Assembly: GCF_964194025.1 (NCBI RefSeq)
Contig: NC_134471.1
Span: 62,248,001-62,312,000, forward strand
Reading direction: 5' to 3'
DNA from: Convolutriloba macropyga
Taxonomy: Eukaryota
Length of the DNA stretch: 64,000 bases
Under the pieces are notes generated by a model. The model had not been told where the DNA came from, did no database searches, and worked only from the letters and a program-made list of their open reading frames with translations. A program made the position numbers and the translations under genes. Below, piece after piece: positions 48,401 to 60,367 of the stretch (position 1 is its first letter; the number at the start of each line of letters is the position of its first letter).

Positions 48401-49029
48401 TTAGTTGTTCTTTGTTGTTAAAATCTTTCAAAATCTTCCTAAACAGCTCCTGGCTTCGTGCAGGAGTGTTATGTCTGATATGAATATCATTCAGTCATGC
48501 TGATGCTCTTTAAGTAAAGGCGATTGTGTGCCAATTTTAATGGCGGCTGTCACATGCCCAAAAATATAAGAAGCTAAGAAAATGTGGAGATTTACGGAAA
48601 ACGAGAGGCTCAAATAGCTATGTTGGTCTGAAGCTTTTCAGTGACAATTACGGTAATGGAAAGTGGATAGTAGATTGTTGCCTCTCAACGAATCCAGTTT
48701 CCTGTGGTTTATAACGAGGTCTGTAGATCACAGTTTAAACATACAGATATCGAAAAGCTATCGTCGAATGTGGTTAATTTATCAGCGTACGTGATTTCAT
48801 GGGTATCCAACTTATTTCATTTTCAATCCGTAAACGGAAGTTTTAATACTGTTATATATGAACGTATAACGGATATAATTCACGCAAGTCTAAATGACTA
48901 TTATAGTCATGAAGTTTTCTCTTTTTTTAGTTGGACAACGAGTCTCTTCAGATGTTGCGATACAAAACAGCCATGTGTCTCAAAGAACTGCAGTTGGTCA
49001 AATCAGCTCCAGTTATGGCAAACCCGTGA
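42496..49029 (+). CDS. COMMD5: COMM domain-containing protein 5 (exons 42496-42622, 42715-43036, 48324-48399, 48931-49029; 207 aa)
   Basis: Spliced product ...WRKILKVVTVALMTDD...DLTTLNLPNALIEDIAQLLF...LEDVKFRIDIILSNN|RVKKVLQPRVTIALTLSDGSVKHIE|LDNESLQMLRYKTAMCLKEL* parallels COMMD5 (FRWRVDVAIST..LQPSVLMQLKLSDG..FQELRYSVALVLKEM). GT-AG introns, phases 1, 2, 0. Confidence 0.85.
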
Positions 49030-49576
49030 AAAGAACAATAATATCTTCTATATTCTGTTATATCCTGTAGCTCTTTAGAAAAATCGGCGAAGAACAGACG
49101 ACTTTAAACCCATTTTCATACCCCCATAAACTATAGTAGTTTACCTAATTACAACTTATAAAAATAATCAAACGTAGCACTGCGTGCCAAGTAAAGTCGA
49201 GGCAGTTATTTGCCAAGTTAATTATTCTTTTCATTATATGGTGCTTGAAGCTTTTTTTGGTTCAGATTTTCAATGTGTATTCAATGAACAATAGAGACCA
49301 AATTTATTAGCAATCGTTTTCGCGTGAGGTTCTTTTTGTTAATCGCCATGGGCATATACATGTCTGAATCTTCATTTTTATAGTCAAGCAAATTACAAAG
49401 AAATGTAAAAACGGTTAATTTTTAAGATTGAATGTTACCGAAACACAAAAGCCGTGTAACTACTTGTGTACCGCAGCTCAGTGTATTTTGGCTGTAATAT
49501 AGAAAAAGTTTACCAAGAGCCAAGGGTAAAATAAGCTTGACTGCAAATATTTGTTACAATTTTGTCTCTAAAAGTT

Positions 49577-52500
49577 ATGAAGTTTGGCGATTATGTCTTC
49601 GAAATCGATGCCAACAACGTCGAGGTAATACAATCACCGGGCGAGTATTACAATGCAATTTTATCAAATATAGAATCCGCGAGGAATCGGATTGCTTTGT
49701 CCTCTCTGTACCTTGGCACGGAACCGAAAAGCGAAATGATTCCCAGAATGATTGGTCAGAAACAAAAAGAAAACAGTTCGTTGATAGTTGACCTACTTTT
49801 CGATTACAACCGATCGATGAGGTTGAAAGAAACTACGGAAATGTTTGCAAATTATATCAACTTAAATGATGCAAATTGTTATTTATATCATTCGTCTTAC
49901 CTCAACAGACATAAGAAATCTTTAGCACCGAATCGCTGGAACGAAATATTTGGTGTCCTGCATATCAAGTCATATATTTTTGACGATGTTTGCATTCTAT
50001 CGGGTGCTAATTTGAGTGAAGAGTATTTTAACAACCGTCAAGATCGCTATGTTGTTATTCGAGATCGAAAACTATGCGACTTTATGCATGAGTTGATCAG
50101 AACTATTCAGCAGTTCTCTTTTCGTTTGAATCAAGATCGGTCAACATCGATGAAATCCACGATTGCGTTGCCATGGAAACAGCCAAGACGGTTCAGAAGG
50201 CAGAGCTCAGTCATCCTCAGGAAATATATGGACGGAACAGAGTTCAATAGAAAAGTAGGTAATTTTTCTACTCATTTAACCAAGATTTTTTTCATTCTTT
50301 GGATCATATGGTATTTTTTCTCCTGACCACTTTGGCTCGTTGGAATCTAATAATTGAGAAAAATTTGAATACATTTGAACACATTGTAAGAGATGCTTTA
50401 ACCAGGGCGTCAAGACTAGAATGGTTGGGTTGCTATGCGATGTCAATCAATCATTGAAGTCAGCGTTTTTGAAGCTATGCTTCTTAGTTAGCAATTTCCT
50501 GTTTTTTTTTCAATGCGTTCTCGAGCTATTTTTCTAAGCTTTTAGTCACTTTCTTTTTGTGTTTATGATTTTCTTTACTGTTTCTAGAACCAAAAAACTG
50601 ACGAACTTGAGTTCAGTTCTGACACAACAATTGAGGCTTTTCTGCAAGCTCCTGAGCAGAAGATGGACACTTACTCTCGAAGCATTGAACCTTTTATGCA
50701 ATCTATTCTGCCCTCAGAGAAACTTTACCTTGCTTCCGGATATTTCAACCTCTCCAATAGTCTTGCCTATGCAATGTTGGCATGCAAAGCTAAAAGTGTG
50801 GATATTTTGGCGTGTTCCAGAGAGTGCAATGGGTTTAAAACCGCCAAGGGGCCTGCCGGATATGTACCCGATATGTACGAGTGTGTGCTGCATAAGTTTG
50901 TGCAAAGGCTCGAGGAGCGGAAATCGAAAAAATGTAAGTTTTTACTCACTCTCAAAGTTTGTAGAAATTATTTGGGCCGTGTTGGTCTTTTGAGTGATTG
51001 TGCATCTGGTTGATTTGATTTTTCGTACGGTTTTTCAGAAGCGGATAAAATTTTTGGTTCTTTGTCCTTGAACATTTAGCTGGTTGTTCCAAAGAGGTTT
51101 GAAAAAAATGGGAGGAGGTTATGTCAGACCCTCTTTTTGATTCCTGTCAAACGAATTATGTGACAATTAGTAGTTGCTCACGAACCAAGTTTGAAGCAAT
51201 TACTGTGAACGTGTTGGTCTTTTTTATGCAAAATTTTCGCTTGACCGTTTTGAATCTCTCTCATTTACAAGTGTCAGCTGCTGAATTCAAGTGGTGGAAA
51301 TTCAGTACTAAGAATCAAATGAAAAGTGCAACGAAATTGGAGTTTTATTTTTACTTTTAATTTTTTTAGTGGTTGTAGTGGTATACAATAACGTCTAATG
51401 ACGTCATCTGAAGCCCCTTAGTGATTTTAGTTTTTCCCCCAAACCAAAGTAGGAATAATCAGGTAACGCACGGAGGGCATTAAGCTCTCTTACAGCCTTT
51501 CGGCTTACTCGACTCTAAGTATGCTTTTCGCCGAAACTGTTTTGGAGACATAATTTATGGTATTAAGGGCGACAGATAGTTAATATTATGAAAAATATTA
51601 GAAAAAGTATTTTGAAGTTTTTATTTCAATATTATGGAGTTGCTTTTGTTTACTTTGGTCCTGGGCTCTACACTCTACTGCAACAGTTACGATATGTTTT
51701 TCAAAATAAAGAAAGGTTTCACTTCGTTGTGATGCTTCAGAAAATAAGTGGCTGGCTACATATTGTTTTTTGGCTTCATATTGACTTCTCTTGTTTTTTG
51801 CCTTCTCTTCGATGTTCTCTTAGTTTTTACAATTCAAAGATTTTGACTTGTTTTGAGGTGTTGTCTTTTTTCGCGACTCGGAGAGGAGTTTTGGTTGAGC
51901 GTCTTTTTTATCGATAATTTATTGGAGTGTATTTAAAACAGGATGTAAAAGCCGATGCTGCACGTGAAAATCGATTGTTTCGATCAGACGGCTGATTGAA
52001 TTGAAGAGAAGAGAAGAGAAAAAGAGGGAGGGGAGAAAGATTTTCATTTCATGCTGCAAGAAAGTAGGCATGAAAGGTTTTGCTGCGCAAGCGAAATTTT
52101 TCGAAGAAGTTTTTTTTTTAATTTTTATCTTTATTTTTTGCTTAAACTAGTTGTTCTAAATCATGTTAACAAGTAATTGTTTGTTTGAGATTTTTTGACC
52201 ATGTCAATCATACAATCATAAATTTAGATGCAATCTTGAGCTATTATGATTTCGACTTTTTGGACGCTTTTTAGCAGTTTTTGTACTATTTTTCACGCTT
52301 TTTTGTGTCCCGGATAGTTGTTTTACTTGAAATTAGTATTCATGTGGTTTTCACGTTCTTTTATTTTTGTTGCTATATCTTGAAGTTTGTTTCAGTTGAA
52401 AACACTCAATTTTAACAATTCTTTCCCATAGTTTTTTTAAAATTGTTTTCACCAATTACTATTTTTTGCCTTTCAGAATACTCTTGCATCTGCAATAGTA

Positions 52501-55500
52501 GGTTTCAGTTGGTTGTAGGGTTATTTCGGTTGATTTTAGGGTTATTGTTTCTAAGTGAACGCAATGAAAGGTTGGATAGTTCATGTTATTTTAAAATAAA
52601 ACTTTTAAGTCTGTAGTTTTTTGTATTTTTTTGCTTTTTTTCTCAGGTTTAAAGTGCTGCTCAGTGTGTTTGGGTGTTGTGTGGTTTCTGGACGAATACG
52701 CAGAAAGTGTTTATTAAATTGCGTTGAAAAGATGCGTTGAGACTCTGCAAGTTTTAGGAAATATTATTGAAAAACTTAACAAGTTTCTTTTGTCCTTCAG
52801 TTTTTCTTTTTTGCTTGGGTTTCTGGTTTTTCGAGATTTGTTGCTTGTTATGTTTATAATATCCCTCATATTCTCAGCCCGCGAATATAGTGGCCATAAT
52901 TTTTATTTCGTCGAATAGAAATGTGTTTTGCTCTACCTTAGTTCACAGCTTGTTCTACATTATGCCTGGAATCTTTTTCTAGGCTGTTTTCATTCTTCGC
53001 TCATTCTGGTCCATAGTGCTTTTAAGAAACAGGTGCTCGGAAAAACAATCTAGAATCAACAGAATCAGTATTGAAAAACCAAATCGAAAGGAAAAAACGG
53101 GATAAAACCAAAGAACTTAGATTTAGATGCCCGCTACTTGAGCTTTATTACAAATTTTAGTTAAAATCTCTAATGCTTATTGGTATTGTTACTAACCTCT
53201 GGGTCACCTCACCAGGGAACTGGAGTATGTCTCACTACAGAAGGACATCAACATAGTTCAGACTTCATCATTTTGTACAAAAAAGAATTTCCTTCATTTT
53301 TAATGCCAATCGGCTTTGTTATTCATTGGTGGCTAATTTTCAGCAATCTGCGGGTATTTTTTCCATCATGTGCATCTTTTAGAATTGCATCTTGTTAAAA
53401 ATTGTCAAGAATGTTTTTTTCAAAATTTTCTGTTTCTAATTTGTTTCTTGTCTTTTTTCTCAAATTGAGTGGTATATTGAAGTAAGTAGTTTTGCTAGTC
53501 TATTTAGTGGTTGGCTAGGGCAGACGATAAAGTCTACTTCGAGTCGATTCCGGAGTCTTTTGGCTATATTTTTTCAAGACCGGTTCACACATTTTTATGA
53601 TTTTTGAAATCAAATTGTAGTGATGATTTTGGTCATGCCGAAACAAGAAGTGGAGCGAAAAAGCAAAGTGAGAAATAGGTTTTGAACTGAAATTCTTTCT
53701 CCCTTGTGGGTTTTTGTTCTCATGCAGCAATTTGATTTTTACTGTTTTCAATTTTTTGATCGGGTTTTTAATTGTTTTATCAATCAATTCAGAGACCATT
53801 CTTGTCTCCTTTTTTGTTTAGTCAAGGAAAATTCTTTGAATTGTTTCAGGACTTGTCCTGCTATGTTTTTTATTTCGTCAACAGCGTTTTTGTTACGACC
53901 ATATGACGTCGTAATCACCACTTCAAATCTGCTTTTTGTTCATTCGTTCATGCAATTCGACTGAATTGCGTGCGTGACGTCATTTTTTTTTTAACTCTTA
54001 AGAGAGTGCTTTTTGTTCATTCGCGTGATTAAATTTTTAGCGTCATGTGACTTACCTCACTCTCAAAAATTACTTCCTCGCTGAAATGCACTTTTATTTT
54101 CTTTATTTCAAAGAGATAAGGTCAAATGAGAGTGTGGCACTCTAACTAAGGGTATTTAAGGGCAGCTAATAGCAGCAGCAATATGTTAAACAGATTCTTA
54201 AGTTTTATCTTCTTGAATTATTGTTTTTGTTTAACGTGAATTTAGTTTGCCTTGGAATCTGATATTTTCGAGAAGGAATCATTTTCAGTCAAATTGTAAT
54301 AAGTTATTGGTACTTTCACTGATTATATTAATCGTTCTCAGTATTTCAGTGGTCCCTAATACTTCAATTACTTTCTTGTCATTTTCCTGGCAATAACCTC
54401 GGCAAGCTAATAAAACTATTGCAAGTTGTCACCATTAGAGATTTTGAATAGTATTTGACGGCTGTCTGCTCTCGCGGTGTGTTCCGGGAAAAGAATGCAA
54501 AGATATTTTAAAACAAGAAAGCTCGGGTTTTTACATGAAAGCAGAAATAGGTAGAAAAGAACAGATTTTGCCTTAAATTGATTGGTAGGCATTTGATTCA
54601 ATAAACATTTCAATTTTTTTAGATAATTGTTTTCTGGGACCTTTTTCTTGACATTGGTTATTTCGCTTAATGATCGGTCCATTTTTAGACAGTCGTTTTG
54701 TATTGTTCTGGGGCTGAGCTCTACTAAAGATCTTACTGAAAATTTTAATTTATTACTTTGAGTTGGACAAACTTAATATATAATTTTAGAATTTTTTGAG
54801 GAAAAACTGTTTGTTTCCATCTGATTTCTATGTGTGCCAGTCTTTTGAGTTACATCCACCCAGTGCTTTCTTTATTTAAACGCTTGCTAGTAACATGTCC
54901 TCCGATACTGTTTACGAATTTTCTACAATGAAGTTGATTGCATCGAAATTGGCCAATTTTTTGAAAAAGAAATAATTTCGTTAGAAGCATCTGTTAATTT
55001 TAAAAACGTTTTTAAAAGTAAGGTTTAATTTTTGCTAGTTTTTTTTTAATATTTGAGTAATTGACGCTCGATTACTCAATTATTTTTCTAATTTCTGAAT
55101 AATTACTTTCTGATACTTTAATTACTTTTTCTGATGTACTGAATGTCCGTACAATTTAAAAATTCTTGTTAACAGTGTAGCGTCTTGAAGACTTTTTCAA
55201 AACGTTTTAAAAACTTGTTCAGGTTGCAATTTTTGTCCTTTTTTGAGTTCACTTTTTTTAAGTTCAAGTCCGTTTACTTCCAGGAAACAGTAAATGTTTG
55301 CATTTGGTTGCAATTGAAACCTTTTGAAATCTTTGAAAGCGTAGTGCAATTAAGCTAAGAACAACTGATATTTCGGTAAATGTTATGGCGAGTGAACCTT
55401 GACGAGTAAAATGATGACGAGTGAACCATCTTACCACCAATTGTCACAACAAAGACGGAATCCGGCAATCAATTAACATAACAGAATGGCACGATTGTGT

Positions 55501-58500
55501 GCAGTCATGCTACTGCATTTGAAAAAAAATTATTATTTTACTTGAACTACCGTGCGTGTAACTGCTTGCGTAAAAGACGGTGTCAGGACAATATACCCAA
55601 TGGCATTATACCCAATGCATCTTGATATTTTTGTTCATTAATCCGACTACCAATTAGCAGTCGCTATTACAAGTATGTTTTAACGTACTTAATGGCCGTG
55701 GCCATGCCTCAGCGGCCCGTGGGACTTGATATGAGATATGAAACTATCACAACCGAACATGGGATTAGATTATCCGCTTGAGTATGTTAAAACATACATT
55801 TAATAGCGGCGGCTAATTTATAGTCGGATTAGCGATCGAAAATATTAAAGTATATTGGGTATAATGGCATCGGGTATAGTGGCATTGGGTATAATGTCAC
55901 GTAACCGTAAAAGACAATCAAAATTTTAGATGCGGTGCTTTTTCAATTTGATTGGGTTTGCTGCTGTTCAAGATGCGTTGGTATAGTATGAAGTTTTTTA
56001 GTTTAAGTCAATTTTCTTTGTATTTTTTGATAATTTTGTTTAGCTTTTGAGATCATATCAATAATCTGCGGAAATTAAACATCGCGTTTCTTTCACATTT
56101 ATACTTGTGATCTTTGTTGTTACTACGGATTTTTTAAAAATCTGAAACGTGTAAATTAAAAACATCCAGTTGTTACATGCTTCAAATTTGTGAATCAAGC
56201 ATTATTTTAACCCAAATTCTGAGAATTACCTACTCAAGCAAATTTTGCTGAACAGTTGGCATGGTTTCTGTGATGATTAGACAGACACACCAATTAAACT
56301 TTTCATTAATTTATGGAAAACATGGACATGCAAAGGTCTTCACAGTGCAATGAATGATGAACAGTATGGTTTCAATAACCAATAATGCAGGTCGGAACAT
56401 TCTCTGCCACGCAAAGAATCACGGCAGGCTTTCTGTTATCTCTTGGTTTATAATTGTACATTTGTTTAATTGAGATTGGTTTTGAAAATTAATTCGATTC
56501 GTTATTTCCAACTCTTAATGCGAAGGCCGTTAGTGGCGGGTCTATAGGCAATCATAATATATTCTTGATAATGGTCTCAACTCTTAAATTGCTCCTAGTA
56601 ATAATCAAATGATATGAGAAAATTTACCAAAGATAAAAAATTTATCCTTAAGTCAAATAAAGTTTATCCTTAGGTCTAAAAGCAACAAGGCGGCTGGTTA
56701 ATGTGCGTTTGCACATGATGTTCCGACCCGAGCTCATCTAAATTTTTGACTTAATTGTCAACCAAATGAAGAAATAAAAAAATAGATGTTTGAGTTTAAA
56801 ACAATCGTTACACAACCTATCTACTAATCGAATTACATAATGCCATGCCTTATTACAGCGCCAATGAGATCTAACCTTATAGAGAATCCGAGACAAGATA
56901 ACGCGATGGCAGGAAAAAAATGTTTGTCAAGCATAGATAATCAATAAGAGATCACGATAAGTCTTAAGAATATGAAAACAACTACAAAAACAGGCAAAAA
57001 CCAAAATTCAGTAAGAGTGCCAGAGGAAAGTGTCGAAGTCATTTAAATCATAAGCTCTTCTCTGAAAACTTTATCTATGATCCGTTGAACGTCTTCCAGT
57101 AACCAATGGGAACTATCAATAATAGGATAATGTGATAAGATTTCAAAAGGATCGAAAAATAAGAAAAATTACCCGAATTTTTTTGTAAAATATGGAAACT
57201 CGTGGCATTGAAGTTCTAAAACTATTTGGTAGAAAACGAAAACGCTAACCAGGTTAAATTTGGCTCCACTAGAAATAATAAAGGATCCTGTAAGTACTAA
57301 GACTGACTAACAGTCCACGAAAAAAGTTTAGTATCGGTTAATGTTCAAAAAAATTTTCGAAAAACTTTTTTTAAAGTCTTAACAGCCATTAAACACAAAA
57401 GATTTTAACGGAGGTCAATAACTACGCTCAGAAATAACATGATGGCAAAAACAAATTTGTCATGCATAGATAATTATTAAGAGATCACAATCAGTCTTAA
57501 GACTATAAAAACAACAACAAAAACAGGCGAAAACCAAAATTCGTAGAAAAGTGCGAGAAGAAAATGTCGAAGCCATTTAAACCATTAGCTTTTCTCTGAA
57601 AACTTTATCTGTGATCGGCTGAATGTCTTTTACAAGTCAATGGGATAAGATTAAAATTTGGATATTGTGTATAATATTTGGATAATGTGATAAGAGTTCA
57701 AAAGTATCCAATAATACGAAAATGTCCAATTTTTTTTTAATTTTGAATTCTTGTGTTTTTGAAGTCATATAATCAATAGTTAGAAGATAAAACCGCCAAC
57801 GAAATTTATTTTAGTTTCAGTAAAAAGCAAGTGGGTTCTGTCAATACTGAGACTACTAACAGTTCACGAAAATGTTAAGATTGTTTCTTGTTCAAAAAAA
57901 ATTTTCCGCAAATTATTTTCAAATTCTTAACAGCCATTAAATTCAAAACATTTCAACGGAAGTCAATAAATCTGCTCAATTATGCTTCAATGGGAGCATG
58001 GGGATGTTTGTCATGCATAGGTGATCAAAAAGACATCACAGCAAGTCTTATGACTATGAAAACAACAACAAAATCAGGCAAAAACCAAAAACTCAGTAGA
58101 GAAGTGCGAGAAGAAAAGGTCGAAGCCATTTGAAACCATAAGCTTTTCGCTGAAAAATTTATCTTTGATCCACTGAGCGTCTCTTTTAAGCCAACAGGAG
58201 CTGTCATTTTTAGGTTAAGTTGATAAGATTTCTAAAGTAACCAATAATACGGAAATATCCAAAAAAAAAAATTAAAATTTTTGAAATCTTGTGTTCTTGA
58301 TGTCATATTACTAAAAGTTAAAACTAAAGTTACTAGAAGATAAATCCGCCAAATAGATCAAATTTGATTTTTGTAGGACGGAAGAGGGTGCTGTCATCAG
58401 CACCCTATAGTTCACGATAATAAGTTTATGATTGGTTAATGTTCAAAAAAATTTTCAAAAATTTATTTTTAAAGTCTGTACAGTTAGCTGTCCACCCAAA

Positions 58501-59835
58501 GCACTAGATATGCTCACTTAAATCTCATTACGGAACATATTGCACTGTTAGTCAATGAGTCTATGCCATAAGGCTCCAAAAAAATTTGTAAAACCTTAAA
58601 AAGAAATTCAAAATTTTATTTAACATTACGAAAACTCAGAGTCGAATTTTGAACAAAAAAAATGTGCAATTCCTTGAAAACGATTTTTTTTGTTCATTGG
58701 GCTTCATCTGACTGTAAAAGAGGTTTGTAATTATCGGAACCTCGATATGAAAAGTTACTTGTCTCTAGTTGACTTAAAAAGCAAAGAAAAGTAGAAAAGT
58801 TTTATAAAAAAAAGAGCTCTCAAATAGATTTCGATTTTTCTTGATAATGATGCTCCCTACGAGACCGTAACTAGTCTTTTTTATCGCCTTCAATCTATTA
58901 GGAACACGAAATTGGTTCATTTTTTGGCAAGAAATTTAAGTTTGAAATACTATTTTTATAGAAAATATCCTAATTTGAATAAAAAGCACACTAAAAGTGA
59001 ACAAATATCGCGTGTTCACACAAAACTTCAATCCTCGATAACTCCTCAAAAAAAAAAGAAAATAAAAAAAATCTTTTTAATTTTGAATTCTACGCTGGAC
59101 CAGCTTTTTAATGGTACCATTCACATTTCTCTGCGATGAATATATCGATCGGCCAAAATTGACTGAACAAAAAAACCCATTTGAGTATATAGTTCCTCCC
59201 CCCCCACAATTGGGGTCGGAACAATTATAATGGATTCTTAATAATAGTCTCAGCTCTTAAACTGTTCCTAGTAATAATCAAATAATATGAGAAAATTTAA
59301 CAAGGATAAAAAAGTTAACCCTTAAGTCAAGTAAAGTTTATCCTTAGGTCTAAAAGCAATTATAATGGATTCATAATAATGGTATCAACTTTTAAATTGT
59401 TCCTAGTAAAAATCAAATAATATGAGAAACTTTACCAAGTACAAAGTTTAACCTACAGTCAGACAAAGTTTCTGTGTGAAGTTGCGTTGCGTTATAGGTG
59501 ATTTCTCCATCTACGAGTACTACCGTCAAAAGTGGACATACCATGCCAAAGGAATGTGGATTTTCTCACCAATGCCGCAAGAAGCCAATAATCAGAATCA
59601 GAACACATTTCGTTGCACGTCTACTTTGATTGGATCCGCTAACTTTGGAATGCGATCTCAGTTCCGAGATTTGGAATTACAATTTCTGATCAGAACAAAA
59701 AATGAACAGTTGCAATTGAAGTTGGATCAAGAGAGGATTAATTTGTTTAATTTTGGACGCATGTTTGATTCTCGAAATGTGAAATATCCTTTGTTCATGC
59801 CTATGCTGTCAAGAATTATCAAATCGTTTTTCTAA
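49577..59835 (+). CDS. PGS1: Mitochondrial CDP-diacylglycerol--glycerol-3-phosphate 3-phosphatidyltransferase (PGP synthase, PLD superfamily); exons 49577-50254, 50588-50933, 59498-59835; ~453 aa
   Basis: RIALSSLYLGT, RWNEIFGVLHIKSYIFDD..ILSGANLSEEYFNNRQDRY, LASGYFNL, NGF, YEY.R.KWTYHAKGMW, TLIGSANFGMRS..RDLELQ. GT-AG introns in phase. The N-terminus is uncertain. Confidence 0.92.
51860..53880 (+). mobile_element. Degenerate HINE-like family B fragments in PGS1 intron 2
   Basis: 53080-53360 parallels 3830-4130 (AAACGGGATAAA..TTTAGATGCCCG.TACTTGA; degenerate GCAATCTGC hairpin end); 53540-53880 parallels 3105-3660. Confidence 0.55.
55579..55906. mobile_element. Mutator/MULE-type MITE (328 bp) with long imperfect TIRs and 9-bp TSD
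   Basis: TSD GTAAAAGAC at 55570-55578 and 55907-55915; GG...CC termini; TIRs containing TATACCCAATG subrepeats, with pairing extending >100 bp. Confidence 0.82.
56549..59471. repeat. ~135-bp tandem repeat (3 units: 56549-56683, 59223-59357, 59358-59471) interrupted by a HINE
   Basis: Unit AAT.ATAAT..ATTC..AATAAT.GTCTCAACTCTTAAATTG.TCCTAGTAATAATCAAAT.ATATGAGAAAATTTA...TCCTTAGGTCTAAAAGC. Confidence 0.8.
56684..59224 (-). mobile_element. HINE/DINE-1-like family A, copy 2 (inverted), in PGS1 intron 2
   Basis: Reverse complement of the 9314-12334 termini (AACAAGGCGGC..ATGTGCGTTTGCACAT.ATGTTCCGACCC at left; GGGGTCGGAACAA at right); three ~540-bp internal repeats. Confidence 0.82.
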
Positions 59836-60367
59836 TCACAGATATGATTAAATAAGATATGAAAATATACATTTGTATATGACGTTCTTTGTTTTTATTT
59901 TGTTATTTGACAACTTGAAGTTTTATGTTCGATAGTGTCTGCGGTGTTATGATATTGACTATAGTTACCGTATAACAATGACCAAGATAGCCTCAGTACT
60001 ATTGTGCCGATGTACGTAAACGCACCGAACTGAAGTTGTTCTGATTATGTTTTTACAACTCTTTACTAAATTAAGGGTTAAAAATTTGAGCTTAACCTAA
60101 ATGTGGTTTTGAGATTATGGTTAAAGCTGTAATCGGCAAATGCAATAATTTTGTATTTAGACTTAATGAATTAGAAAATCTATCCAAATAACATTTCTCT
60201 GTTTTGCGTTTCTGTTGTAAAGAGGAATGAAAAGAGTCGTGCATTTCGGGACCTTATTCGACATCGCAAGATTGTTCAACATAACCCTTTCTTGCAACTG
60301 TTTAAAATGTTTACGAAATTTGAACTAGTTTATACAAAATCGAGACCGTTTGAGTAATTTTACCAAT

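Noticed and set aside
48704-49078. 124-aa ORF
   Set aside because: Overlaps the COMMD5 last exon in another frame; the rest is intronic
49562-50326. Bacterial-type cardiolipin/PSS gene acquired by horizontal transfer
   Set aside because: The gene is spliced with GT-AG introns and has eukaryotic PGS1-specific motifs (NRQDRY, WTYHAKG, GYFN)
50559-50993. 144-aa ORF and antisense ORFs
   Set aside because: Alternate-frame shadows of PGS1 exon 2
56549-59471. CRISPR-like or regularly spaced repeat array
   Set aside because: Units are contiguous 135- and 540-bp tandem repeats with no unique spacers; eukaryotic context, no cas genes
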